Source of the DNA: a phage
Direction: 5' to 3' (one strand)
Assembly: GCA_012343875.1 (NCBI GenBank)
Contig: GCA_012343875.1_3924.1
Length of the DNA stretch: 64,000 bases
Both the position numbers and the translations under genes were made by a program. Positions within the stretch are counted from its first letter, which is position 1. Every line of letters begins with the position of its first letter. Below, piece by piece: positions 37,067-46,163 of this stretch. A model generated the notes under the pieces. That model searched no databases and had not been told where the DNA came from. It saw only the letters and a program-made list of their open reading frames with translations.

Positions 37067-37303
37067 ATGTGGAAATCAGTAATTGCGCTTGGTGTTATTT
37101 TTCTATCTGGCTGCAACCCTTCTTATGAAGATAAAAATGCTTCTTACAGCCTCCCACCAGAGATGCAAGATTGCAGAGTATACAAGTTACATGGTGATGC
37201 TATAAGCAGAGATATTGTTGTTGTCAGATGTCCAAACTCCCAAACAACAACATCTTATAGCTATGGCAAAAATGGTCAATCACACACTACGGTTATTGAG
37301 TGA
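37067..37303 (+). CDS. small lipoprotein (about 78 aa), candidate superinfection-exclusion factor
   Basis: Signal peptide with lipobox FLSGC; two additional Cys in the mature part. Confidence 0.45.
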   Translation: MWKSVIALGVIFLSGCNPSYEDKNASYSLPPEMQDCRVYKLHGDAISRDIVVVRCPNSQTTTSYSYGKNGQSHTTVIE

Positions 37304-37313
37304 GGGTTTCACG

Positions 37314-37520
37314 ATGGAAGTCCTAGTAAACTATATCTATTGTTATGATGTTGTTCACTCTACTACAACGGTAGCTCAACGTAACCCAATCGTCCCACGA
37401 GAAGGTGAGTTGGTTCGCATTGATGGTTGGACTTACACTGTGGAAAGCATCATTCATAAGTTTGATGTTGCTGGTGATGTTCAAGTTATTGACGTAGAAA
37501 TTGGTGGTAAGAGAAAATGA
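37314..37520 (+). CDS. hypothetical small protein
   Basis: Start taken at ATG 37314 (RBS GAGGG). Confidence 0.35.
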   Translation: MEVLVNYIYCYDVVHSTTTVAQRNPIVPREGELVRIDGWTYTVESIIHKFDVAGDVQVIDVEIGGKRK

Positions 37521-37676
37521 AATCTAAGCAAACAATGGCAGATGCAATCTTCACAGTACACAGTTTCGAAAGGTTGCGCATCAAAGATGCAAAGGATACC
37601 CCAAAATGCGTTGTACATTTTATTAAAAGGCGTAGTAACATGTCCTATATGAAATCTGACAAAGGTGAGAGTACAA

Positions 37677-37895
37677 ATGGATAAAGATAACAAATATAAT
37701 AACGCCGTCCTTACAGAAGATGGTGAGCTTGAAACATTCATTCTTCGTGTTGATGGTAAACTATTCCGGTGTCGTTGTGGGTCAAACTGTTTTCATAAAC
37801 CAGATAAAAATGACTTAGAGCTTTACGCATGTAATGCTTGCAATACTTGGTATCACTCAGAGGTTAAAAATGACAATTCTATACAAACAAAATAA
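37677..37895 (+). CDS. small zinc-ribbon protein
   Basis: CRCGSNC .. CNACN cysteine pairs. Confidence 0.4.
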   Translation: MDKDNKYNNAVLTEDGELETFILRVDGKLFRCRCGSNCFHKPDKNDLELYACNACNTWYHSEVKNDNSIQTK

Positions 37896-38970
37896 AGATG
37901 GCTCTTTTAACGTCTGGTCATGCGTTGCTGTAGGTAACAAAGTTATTACAACCTACGGTAAAGAAAATGGCAAGATGATGTTTGAAGAGTATACAGCAGA
38001 ACCTAAAAACATCGGTAAAAAGAATGAGCGTAACGCTGAACAGCAAGCTCTCTTTGAAGTTGCTGCTAAGTACAAAAAGCAAGTTGACCGCAAAGGTTAT
38101 GCTTACACAAAAGAGTCTGCACAGAATACTGAAAAGGCAGGTGTACAGCTTGCTCATGATGCTGCAAAGGTTAGCCACGCAAAGTATTTGAAGTTCCCTG
38201 CTGATGCTCAACCAAAACTTGATGGTGTACGTTGCAGAATTTCAAGAGATGCTGATTCAGTTAGTTTCACGGCTTATTCTCGTGAGAATACTGTTTACAA
38301 CGTTCCAGCAGAACTAATCCCAGATTTGCTTTTGCTGCTTAAATTACACCCGCAAGTTGAAGACTTTGATGGCGAGATTTATGCTCATGGTTGGGACTTA
38401 GAAGATATTGTATCTATGATTAAGAATGCTGACAATCCAGACCGTCACCTTCTTAAATTCTACTGGTATGATATCTGTGACAATTCAAAATCTTGGCCTG
38501 AGCGTCGTGAAGTTATTGATAACTCACCTATTGTTGAGCTTGGGGATGCCTGTAGAGTTGTTCCTGTACAGACTATCCGTGTAAATTCTTGGGAAGAGTT
38601 TGATGAAGCTCATGATAAGTGGGTTGAAGCTAAGTTTGAAGGTGCAATGTACCGTTCAATCTCTGAAGACTCATTCTATGAGTGTTGTCACCGTTCATAC
38701 TTCTTGATTAAGCACAAGAAGATGCACACTGAAGAGTTTAAAGTGACTGGTGTAAAGACTGATAAACGTGGTCATGGTAAGTTCGTTGTAGAGACTCTTC
38801 CTAACGTCTTTGTAGATGTCTCATGGAAGACTACTCATGAGAAGAAACAGTATCTTGCTGAGCATCCTGATGAGTTTATCGGGAAACCTTTAACGGTACA
38901 GTTCCAGAAGATGACTCGTAAGGGGTCTTTGCAGTTCCCTGTTGGGCTAGTTATACGAGATTATGAATAA
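37870..38970 (+). CDS. ATP-dependent DNA ligase
   Basis: Adenylation motif I PKLDGVRC (KxDG); start at ATG 37870 with RBS GAGGT. Confidence 0.8.
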   Translation: MTILYKQNKDGSFNVWSCVAVGNKVITTYGKENGKMMFEEYTAEPKNIGKKNERNAEQQALFEVAAKYKKQVDRKGYAYTKESAQNTEKAGVQLAHDAAKVSHAKYLKFPADAQPKLDGVRCRISRDADSVSFTAYSRENTVYNVPAELIPDLLLLLKLHPQVEDFDGEIYAHGWDLEDIVSMIKNADNPDRHLLKFYWYDICDNSKSWPERREVIDNSPIVELGDACRVVPVQTIRVNSWEEFDEAHDKWVEAKFEGAMYRSISEDSFYECCHRSYFLIKHKKMHTEEFKVTGVKTDKRGHGKFVVETLPNVFVDVSWKTTHEKKQYLAEHPDEFIGKPLTVQFQKMTRKGSLQFPVGLVIRDYE

Positions 38971-38976
38971 AAGTTG

Positions 38977-39004
38977 TTGACATAGAAAATTTGGTGAGTA
39001 TACT
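38977..39004 (+). promoter_or_regulatory. strong sigma70-like promoter
   Basis: TTGACA (38977-38982) - 16 nt - TATACT (38999-39004). Confidence 0.6.
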
Positions 39005-39080
39005 GAGCAGCATAAACCAACGGGTACTCACCAGCATCACTTAAGAGTCTTTTAAAAGGGTTTTTAAGTGATGTGTAGCT

Positions 39081-39155
39081 CGGTCAGGTATGGTGCGGTG
39101 GTGTAAGGTGGTGTCAGGTGTAGTATGGTGCTGTGATGTGAGGTATGGGTAGTTA
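39081..39155 (+). repeat. GT-rich block of degenerate tandem 10-bp repeats (block 1)
   Basis: Decamers gtgtaaggtg / gtgtcaggtg / tagtatggtg / ctgtgatgtg / aggtatgggt; almost no C on the plus strand. Confidence 0.6.
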
Positions 39156-39220
39156 GTCTCAGCTACATTAAAATGAGACTTACCTTTTTAAAAGGTCTTT
39201 AAGAGGGTCTTTTAATAAGG

Positions 39221-39290
39221 TATTGTATGGTGTAGTTTGGTTAGGTATGGTTGGGTGTGGTAAGGTAGGGTATGGAAGGATGGCAGTAGC
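39221..39290 (+). repeat. GT-rich block of degenerate tandem 10-bp repeats (block 2)
   Basis: Decamers tattgtatgg / tgtagtttgg / ttaggtatgg / ttgggtgtgg / taaggtaggg / tatggaagga. Confidence 0.6.
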
Positions 39291-39327
39291 CTTATAAAAA
39301 ATCTGCCAAATAAGCTATAAAATCTGT

Positions 39328-39356
39328 TGACAAGTCAGGTGTTATAGCTTATTTTT
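39328..39356 (+). promoter_or_regulatory. sigma70-like promoter upstream of the 39400 gene
   Basis: TTGACA (39328-39333) - 17 nt - TATTTT. Confidence 0.45.
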
Positions 39357-39399
39357 ATACTCAATGTAATACAAAATTTAATATAACTTTGAGGTCATT

Positions 39400-39783
39400 A
39401 TGAAAAAGGTTTTATTAGCTGCTGCAATGGTTATGGCAATGAACTTACCAGTCAATGCAACAGAACTTCCAAATGTGGACTTATCAGGTGTTCCAGAAGA
39501 TACTTGCCAGATTGTAAAAGGTGTTGCGCTATCTAAAGGTGAGTTACTTAAACCAATCTCTGAAGAATCTTTGACAGAGATGACTGATAAGGTAACTGAC
39601 TATCAGTATCGTGTTCTTGCAGAGTATTTCCTGCAATCTGCAAACATTAAAGAGAAACACCATGACGATATTGATGTACAGGCGATGCTCAACCACCGTA
39701 TCCAGTTTAAAGAAGATTTGATGCAAAAAGCTATGTATGGTGTTGAGTATTTCTTAGAAAACAGAAGCTGCACAGGTATTTGA
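39400..39783 (+). CDS. secreted protein of unknown function (127 aa)
   Basis: Signal peptide MKKVLLAAAMVMAMNLPVNA. Confidence 0.45.
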   Translation: MKKVLLAAAMVMAMNLPVNATELPNVDLSGVPEDTCQIVKGVALSKGELLKPISEESLTEMTDKVTDYQYRVLAEYFLQSANIKEKHHDDIDVQAMLNHRIQFKEDLMQKAMYGVEYFLENRSCTGI

Positions 39784-39784
39784 T

Positions 39785-39997
39785 ATGGCTCTTAAAAAGT
39801 TACATCCCAGAAGCGGTTATGGTAAGATAGTCGATGATACAGACGGCTTTACAGTATTTACAGTCATCTGTCAAGATGATTCACAGATTGAAAAGGCTCT
39901 TGATGATTATCTTAACGATGAACGTGAAAAGGTTAGGGCTACAAACATAGATTCATTAATTGACACTTCACGTAAACGGAAGAAGAAAGATGAATGA
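39785..39997 (+). CDS. hypothetical small protein (70 aa)
   Basis: Co-directional ORF. Confidence 0.35.
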   Translation: MALKKLHPRSGYGKIVDDTDGFTVFTVICQDDSQIEKALDDYLNDEREKVRATNIDSLIDTSRKRKKKDE

Positions 39998-40289
39998 AGT
40001 TTTTGACCCTTATGCTCCACAAGATGATTGGGAGGCTGACAGAGAGGCTGAAATGGAGAGTTATGTTTGTCCAATGGATGTAGACGAAATGAGAGATTTC
40101 GTTGCACACCGTTTTAAGAAAGAGATTAAATCCAGAGGTCTTTCTCAAGAGCAAGTTGCTAAAATTTGTGGTATCTCTCAGGCTCGCGTATCCAACATAA
40201 TCCACCTCACTGGTAATGTCTCCCTTGAGTATATGTTGGAAGTATGTGAAAAATTTGGTGTTAATTTCAATTTAAGGCTGGCAGATTAA
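39990..40289 (+). CDS. helix-turn-helix DNA-binding protein, candidate transcription regulator
   Basis: LSQEQVAKICGISQARVSNI resembles an HTH recognition unit; start taken at ATG 39990. Confidence 0.4.
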   Translation: MNEVFDPYAPQDDWEADREAEMESYVCPMDVDEMRDFVAHRFKKEIKSRGLSQEQVAKICGISQARVSNIIHLTGNVSLEYMLEVCEKFGVNFNLRLAD

Positions 40290-40290
40290 T

Positions 40291-40650
40291 ATGAAACGTG
40301 AAAACATTATCCACTCTGAAAACTTCGCATTAGGCTTTTATGGTGTACCTACTCACCTTGAAAAGTATTATGGTGTGAAGATTCTCTCCAATCTCATTAT
40401 GGCTTACAAAGATGGTAAGATTAAGCATACTGAGAAGAAACGTGTCATGGGCTATATGGCTGTAGGTTCAGCAATCTCGAACATTAAGCTGGAAACAACT
40501 AGCAGTCAGATTGTGAAAGACCACTTCATCAAAGAGCTTTACCAGAATCTTGATGGTGTAGATGTTCAGGCTGTTTGGCTGGATGTTGACGGTCATAACT
40601 ACACGAGTTTTGTTTTCAAAAACGACGACATTAAGTGTCTGTTCCCATAA
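40291..40650 (+). CDS. hypothetical protein (119 aa)
   Basis: Co-directional ORF. Confidence 0.4.
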   Translation: MKRENIIHSENFALGFYGVPTHLEKYYGVKILSNLIMAYKDGKIKHTEKKRVMGYMAVGSAISNIKLETTSSQIVKDHFIKELYQNLDGVDVQAVWLDVDGHNYTSFVFKNDDIKCLFP

Positions 40651-40663
40651 TAGGTGATTAACT

Positions 40664-41179
40664 ATGATTGATATCTACTTACAAGATGCTCATGCAGATT
40701 TCCTTAAAACGATGCTTAAAAAGTTTATGGCTTCACAGGGTGATAATGAAGCATCTTTTAAAATAGTCACATGTGGCGACGAAGCTGGTTTTGTTGAGAT
40801 TGAACATGAAGATACTGGAAAGACTGTTTGTAAGTTACCTGATAGCATGTTCTCTAACACGTTCTTAACAAAGACTAGTATAAATGTTAAGCTTGTGCCT
40901 CAGATTGAAACATACTCTGGCACAGATTATCCTAAAGGTTTTAAGTCATTGATGAAGTACTTCTTAGATGACTTTGTGGGTAATCTTCTGAGGGAGGTAA
41001 AAGAAAGTCGTACAGTGTTAACTGTAGAGAACATGGGAGGAACTATAAAGGTTACTTCTGACTGTTTTGTGATGAGCCTCTTCGACTTCGTTCCTAAGAA
41101 CTTTGATGGTATTCTGGATGAAGAAGATGACTGTGTAGACTTTATATTGGTTCTTGAACCAGTTTTTGAGGTTAAATAA
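40664..41179 (+). CDS. hypothetical protein (171 aa)
   Basis: Co-directional ORF. Confidence 0.4.
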   Translation: MIDIYLQDAHADFLKTMLKKFMASQGDNEASFKIVTCGDEAGFVEIEHEDTGKTVCKLPDSMFSNTFLTKTSINVKLVPQIETYSGTDYPKGFKSLMKYFLDDFVGNLLREVKESRTVLTVENMGGTIKVTSDCFVMSLFDFVPKNFDGILDEEDDCVDFILVLEPVFEVK

Positions 41180-41440
41180 ATGAAAATTGAATACTGCTAT
41201 GAGTCTGATGGAACACCTATCCGATGTCCACATTGTGGATGTACAGACTTGCAAGGTGAGGTAAGTGAAATAGTCAACGGTCATATCGCTGAAGAGAGTA
41301 CAAGGTGTACAGGGTGTAATGAAATCATTGCTTTCTGGGCTTATGGTTCATACCAACCTACACCACACTTAATCTACCATAGCAATAAAGCTGTGAAGAA
41401 TGTTATCAACTGGTTCATTAAGAAAGGATTTACAAAATGA
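41180..41440 (+). CDS. small zinc-ribbon protein (86 aa)
   Basis: CPHCGC .. CTGCN. Confidence 0.4.
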   Translation: MKIEYCYESDGTPIRCPHCGCTDLQGEVSEIVNGHIAEESTRCTGCNEIIAFWAYGSYQPTPHLIYHSNKAVKNVINWFIKKGFTK

Positions 41441-41982
41441 TTAAATTAATCTTTGCAAGTGGTGAAAATGGGGAGTTTGGTACTCCAACTGGTATGCCGT
41501 GGCCTCGACATAAACAGGATATGAAAGAGTTTAAGAGAATCACTAAAAACAACTTAGTAGTGATGGGTAATGAGACTTTCAAGACTCTGGGTAGTAAACC
41601 TTTACCAGAACGTGCAAACCTCATCTTAACAAATTCTGTACCATACTTAGGCATAGACTTTGGCAAAGATGAGGTAATGTATGCTAAGGCCAGCAAAGAA
41701 TCCTTTGGAGCATTTTTGAAGTATCTCGATAGCTCTATTGATGAAGATGTCTTTGTAATTGGTGGTGCAGGTGTCCTTGTCAATGCTTTACCATATGCTG
41801 GTGTAGTTTTCCATACAGTTTTCCATAAAGTTACTGAAGAGGCCACTGTGTATTTACCTTTTGAAAACTTCTTTGAGAAGCTGTATGATAACAGTGTATT
41901 TACAAAGGTACAGTCAAAACCATCAGAGGATGGTAAAGCAACCTTTGAAATTTATGTTCCACAAGTAAAAGGACACTTTTGA
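41437..41982 (+). CDS. frd: dihydrofolate reductase
   Basis: N-terminal MIKLIFASGENGEFGTPTGMPW typical of DHFR; immediately upstream of thymidylate synthase. Confidence 0.75.
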   Translation: MIKLIFASGENGEFGTPTGMPWPRHKQDMKEFKRITKNNLVVMGNETFKTLGSKPLPERANLILTNSVPYLGIDFGKDEVMYAKASKESFGAFLKYLDSSIDEDVFVIGGAGVLVNALPYAGVVFHTVFHKVTEEATVYLPFENFFEKLYDNSVFTKVQSKPSEDGKATFEIYVPQVKGHF

Positions 41983-41983
41983 T

Positions 41984-42883
41984 ATGTCACAAGCAGATAC
42001 AAGTTACAAAGATATCCTGAACCATGTTTTATCAGTTGGTGAACTGCGTACTACACGAACTGGAGATGTTATCTCTGCATTTGCTCCACCTAAGTTTCGC
42101 TTTGATATGAGGACTGGTTTCCCACTCTTAACATCTAAACAGGTGTTTACACGGCAAGTTATTGGGGAAGCTTTATGGTTCCTGAATGGTGAGAATAAGC
42201 TGGGTGAACTCCGTTACCGTACTTGGGGTGAAAATGATGGGGAACGCTGGACTATCTGGTCAGATGATTTTAAACGCTGGTTAAGCTCTAATTATTCTTC
42301 TGAACAAGATTGGTTAGATGATGCAGGTGGGAGAATCTATGGGGTTCAGTGGAGAAACTTTGAAGGTCATAATGGTTGTGTTGTAGACCAACTAGAGACC
42401 TTAGTAACAAAGATGAAGGGTGATATCACAGACCGTTACATGCTTGTTAATGCTTGGAATGCAGCAGATATTGCAGCAAACTCAATGGCTTTAGCACCTT
42501 GTCATGTTCTGTTTCAGATTTATATCACTAATGAAGGTGAAGTGGATTTGCAATGGTATCAGCGTTCTGTAGACACCTTTTTAGGACTTCCATTTAACAT
42601 TGCGTCTTACGGCTTCATCTTAGAAGTTCTTTGTAAGATGACTGGATACACTCCACGGTACTTGATAGGTGTCTTTGGGGATACTCAGATTTATCAGAAC
42701 CATATGAAGCAGGTTTATGAACTGATGAACAATGAAGAGTTCCATGCACCAACTTTTGAGATTGGTCTACCACTTAATACTTTAAGTGACCTGAAACATC
42801 TTACTGCAAGTGATTTTATTGGTGGTATTAACAACTACCAACATGCAGGGAAGATTGAAGCACCTCTGTCAGTAGGTAAGTAA
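41984..42883 (+). CDS. thyA: thymidylate synthase
   Basis: Active-site APCH and QRSVDTFLGLPFNIASYGF blocks. Confidence 0.85.
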   Translation: MSQADTSYKDILNHVLSVGELRTTRTGDVISAFAPPKFRFDMRTGFPLLTSKQVFTRQVIGEALWFLNGENKLGELRYRTWGENDGERWTIWSDDFKRWLSSNYSSEQDWLDDAGGRIYGVQWRNFEGHNGCVVDQLETLVTKMKGDITDRYMLVNAWNAADIAANSMALAPCHVLFQIYITNEGEVDLQWYQRSVDTFLGLPFNIASYGFILEVLCKMTGYTPRYLIGVFGDTQIYQNHMKQVYELMNNEEFHAPTFEIGLPLNTLSDLKHLTASDFIGGINNYQHAGKIEAPLSVGK

Positions 42884-42885
42884 AA

Positions 42886-42925
42886 ACAAAAAAGGCTCCT
42901 TTTTACGGGAGCCTTAAAATTTTAT
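42886..42925. terminator. bidirectional intrinsic terminator between convergent blocks
   Basis: AAGGCTCC-tttttacg-GGAGCCTT hairpin flanked by A-run upstream and T-rich run downstream. Confidence 0.6.
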
Positions 42926-43293
42926 TTTTCAGTATTCTTTGTGTTCTTTTCAGTAATAGCTTGCAAGGCTGATACTGATTGGGCCAGATTGTTCACACTG
43001 TCAGAGAATTTATCAAGAGTTTTGGTAAGTTTCGCATTCTCACCCTTAACATTCTCTAACTGGACTTTCTGGTTCTCCATACCTAGCTGAATCAGTCTCA
43101 TGTCAGACTGTAAATCACGAATAGCTGAATAGTTACTTTTGGAATAATTATCTAGCTGCTGTAACTTTGTTGTGACAGACACTTCTTGCTTACCACTTGA
43201 AACTTGCATAGTGGTATACATCCCGATAACACTAAAAATACCAACTACAATTGCACCAATATTATTTTTAAAAGCTTCCTCTAGCCACTTCAT
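42922..43293 (-). CDS. membrane-anchored coiled-coil protein (123 aa), possible lysis-associated
   Basis: Single TM IGAIVVGIFSVIGMY followed by a helical region. Confidence 0.35.
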   Translation of the reverse strand: MKWLEEAFKNNIGAIVVGIFSVIGMYTTMQVSSGKQEVSVTTKLQQLDNYSKSNYSAIRDLQSDMRLIQLGMENQKVQLENVKGENAKLTKTLDKFSDSVNNLAQSVSALQAITEKNTKNTEK

Positions 43294-43488
43294 TTATTTC
43301 TCCCCCTTAAAAGCTTTTTCTAAGTTATCTACGAACTCATCATCAATAGGTGTGTCTGTTTTACTCGCAAGGTATCTTGCAAGCTTAAAGAACACTTTCT
43401 CAATCATGTATTCACTCAGAAGGGATAAAATGAGTTTCCAGAAGAAGCTACCTAGATTTTTTAGAAGAATTGCTAGGATTGTAGGCAT
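43294..43488 (-). CDS. small protein (64 aa), possible membrane/holin-like
   Basis: Hydrophobic N-terminus; downstream of tail fibre genes. Confidence 0.3.
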   Translation of the reverse strand: MPTILAILLKNLGSFFWKLILSLLSEYMIEKVFFKLARYLASKTDTPIDDEFVDNLEKAFKGEK

Positions 43489-43567
43489 TTAATCACCTCA
43501 TCAGCCAAGATGGTGAGAATACCCATAAAGAATATTAACACCATCTTAACAATCAGTCAACAAGGGA

Positions 43568-46117
43568 TTAAGCAGTTCTTACCCAAGCCATTAACTTATA
43601 GAACTGGTTAGTAACACTAAATGCTGAACCAGAACCAGTACCACCTGTGTTACCACTAACTGTGTGGCTGTGAGCACCAATACCAACAGTGTGGCTGTGG
43701 TTACCTGTTGTATTCGTTACACCAGACCAGTTTCTTGATGCGTTGAAGTTGACAGGGATACCATTAGTAAAGTTGTTACCAGTATACCCTTTAGAACCTG
43801 CCTGACTACCGAGGTAGAATGCACCACTTGCTGTGTAGAAGCTACTAGCGTCACTTCTGAAGTAACCAAATGAACCAGTAATCTCCATAGTACCTCTGTT
43901 GTGGTTGTGGTTACCAGTTGTGCTAGAAGTCTTAGTACCATAGTCAAATGATGAAGTAGTAGCAGAGAAGCTGTGCGTGTGTGAAGGTAAGTTACCAACA
44001 GACAACGTTACAGAGTCTGAACCACCAGTTGTAGCAACATCTGAACCGTTTGCTGCTGCAATTCTAATAGTTCTACCAACACCATTATTCAGGTACGTCC
44101 AAGTTAACCCAGGAAGTGCTGTGTTTGGGTTGACATTACTGTTAAACCACGTCACAATACCTACTGGATAGATTTTATTCAGGTCTGTAGAGTCACTAAT
44201 TGCTTCTGCAATCTTCTGGTCAGTTTCTGCTTTAGTGTATGCACCAATATCTGAAGGGGTTGGTTTTTGCAAACTTGTGTAGTATTTTGCAATTGTACCC
44301 TTCACAATACCTTGTGGAGCATCATCAAATGTCTGTGGGACTTCAAACAACTGTACACTTGCATTACTAGAAGACTGAACCCTTGTCGTTGTGCTGTTTT
44401 GATACGTACCAGCAAGATAGTAAATATCATAGGTGTCTCCAGAAGTATTCACATAACCAATATCCCTGATAATGGTGTTCTCTGATGTTCTCCAAGCAAC
44501 AACATTTAAGCCCTTTGGATTGTTATTTGAAGTTCGCAGAACAATTTCACATTTACCTGCTTGGTTTGGTGTATTAATATTAAAACCTGACCCACCAAAT
44601 ACCTCAATAACAGCAGTGGATGCTGATTGTGGCATCACAACAGTGGCAATTTTAGCCCACTTATCAGTGTTTCCCACATTGAAGCTAGTGCTTCTGATTC
44701 TTAGGTATCTACTATCACTAGCACTTTGCGTAAAGTATCTAGCATCTAAGTTAGAGAAATCTGAAGGTTGAACTTGTCCAGCAATAGTCAATGTTTTGTT
44801 AATGTATGATGTTGTATTCCCGAGAACCAATTGGGTTCCAGAATAACTGTTATTTAGGGTTACATCATTATTATCTGCCCCACCAACACCTACCCACCAC
44901 CTTGACACATTAGCAGTGTCCACACCACGGATATACAATGGTCTGTTCTGAGTAGAGTTTTTCACAATTAGGGCTTCATTATCCGTAACAACTTTCTGTA
45001 CACCATTAAAAGTATTTTGTGCATTAGTTCTTGCAATCGTACTTAATGTTGCTGCCGGAATATATCTAGAGTCAATATTAGTCCAATCCGAAGGTTGAAC
45101 TTGACCAGTGATTCTGAAGTTCTGGTTGACTGAGATATAGCCATTATCAAGCCTGATATTTGAACCGTGTACATAGTTGTGTAGCAGCACAGAGGCTGTG
45201 TTATCCCCGTTCCCTACATACCACCTGTTAGTGTTCTGAGAGTCAACACCCTGAATGAATAGTGAGCTAGCTGTTGCATTTTTCAACCTTAAAGCAGCAC
45301 TGTCACTAATGATGGTTAGATTTCTACTAAACGTGTTAGTGCCCGTGAAATTATTATTAGCAGCTAACTGTGCAAATCTCTGATTAGCAACTGTCTGAGT
45401 GAAGTATCTAGCATCTAAGTTAGAGAAATCTGAAGGTTGAACTTGACCAGTGATTGCTAAAGACTTATTAACAGAGACATTACTTGCAACAGTCAAGGCT
45501 GAGTTGTATTTGTTATTGTACAGCTTTACTTCATCAGAGCCATTACTACCAATACCAACCCACCATCTAGCCGAACCATCTAGGTTTACACCTTCGATGT
45601 ATTGTGCATTATTTGCATTTTGGTTTCTAAGGCGAAGTAAGTTAGCATCACCTTGAATATTTTGAGTTCCAGAGAATGTGTTTGTGATAGCAAGTCTTGC
45701 ATATCTTGCGTCATTCTCTTCATTAGTTCTCATACCAAGCTCATTAGGACTTGGCTTATTCAGAGTATGATAAACAGTTGCTGACCTTGAAGCATCTGCA
45801 ATAGTTAGTTTAAGACCATTTGCATTAAGTTTAAAAGTCTTTAAAACATCCCCAATAGTAATTTCAGAAGAACCTGTAGGGTCAAATACTGCCTTACCAC
45901 CATAAAGTAACTTGACAATACCTAAATCCCCAGTCATATTACTTCCAGCAATCTGAACAAACCTTTCTAGTTTGAAGGAAGCTAAGAAGTCTTGATAGGT
46001 CATTCTGCGGTCTTCATCACCCAACATTTCAGGTCTTTTCTTAACTCTGATGTGCAATAGGTCTTCTGAACGAATTGTGTCGATTGAGTTTAATTGACTC
46101 AATTTGTAATCTGCCAT
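43568..46117 (-). CDS. long tail fibre protein with internal repeats and His-rich C-terminal tip
   Basis: Three copies of the ITGQVQPSDFSNLDARYFTQ block; C-terminal HTHSFS / GNHNHN / GNHSHTVGIGAHSHTV HxH repeats. Confidence 0.7.
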   Translation of the reverse strand: MADYKLSQLNSIDTIRSEDLLHIRVKKRPEMLGDEDRRMTYQDFLASFKLERFVQIAGSNMTGDLGIVKLLYGGKAVFDPTGSSEITIGDVLKTFKLNANGLKLTIADASRSATVYHTLNKPSPNELGMRTNEENDARYARLAITNTFSGTQNIQGDANLLRLRNQNANNAQYIEGVNLDGSARWWVGIGSNGSDEVKLYNNKYNSALTVASNVSVNKSLAITGQVQPSDFSNLDARYFTQTVANQRFAQLAANNNFTGTNTFSRNLTIISDSAALRLKNATASSLFIQGVDSQNTNRWYVGNGDNTASVLLHNYVHGSNIRLDNGYISVNQNFRITGQVQPSDWTNIDSRYIPAATLSTIARTNAQNTFNGVQKVVTDNEALIVKNSTQNRPLYIRGVDTANVSRWWVGVGGADNNDVTLNNSYSGTQLVLGNTTSYINKTLTIAGQVQPSDFSNLDARYFTQSASDSRYLRIRSTSFNVGNTDKWAKIATVVMPQSASTAVIEVFGGSGFNINTPNQAGKCEIVLRTSNNNPKGLNVVAWRTSENTIIRDIGYVNTSGDTYDIYYLAGTYQNSTTTRVQSSSNASVQLFEVPQTFDDAPQGIVKGTIAKYYTSLQKPTPSDIGAYTKAETDQKIAEAISDSTDLNKIYPVGIVTWFNSNVNPNTALPGLTWTYLNNGVGRTIRIAAANGSDVATTGGSDSVTLSVGNLPSHTHSFSATTSSFDYGTKTSSTTGNHNHNRGTMEITGSFGYFRSDASSFYTASGAFYLGSQAGSKGYTGNNFTNGIPVNFNASRNWSGVTNTTGNHSHTVGIGAHSHTVSGNTGGTGSGSAFSVTNQFYKLMAWVRTA

Positions 46118-46163
46118 TATGAATTTTCCTCTTAAAAGGGGCTATAAAGCCCCTGTAAAGAAA
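46118..46163 (-). terminator. hairpin GGGGCT-UUAU-AGCCCC + U-tract between the two fibre genes
   Basis: Minus strand: GGGGCTTTATAGCCCC TTTTAAG. Confidence 0.45.

Noticed and set aside
39081-39290. G-quadruplex or tRNA/tmRNA-like gene in the GT-rich region
   Set aside because: GGG runs are scarce and irregular, and no cloverleaf or acceptor-stem pairing could be drawn by eye.
41984-42883. Possibility that the ThyA-like gene is a dCMP/dUMP hydroxymethylase (hypermodified DNA)
   Set aside because: The QRSVD..LGLPFNIASY and APCH blocks look like canonical thymidylate synthase and DHFR is adjacent; cannot be excluded without alignment, but no glycosyltransferase or other modification genes are seen here.
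43717-44771. Several 60-100-aa ORFs within and antisense to the 849-aa tail-fibre gene
   Set aside because: Nested in a long, repeat-containing structural gene; translations are low complexity.
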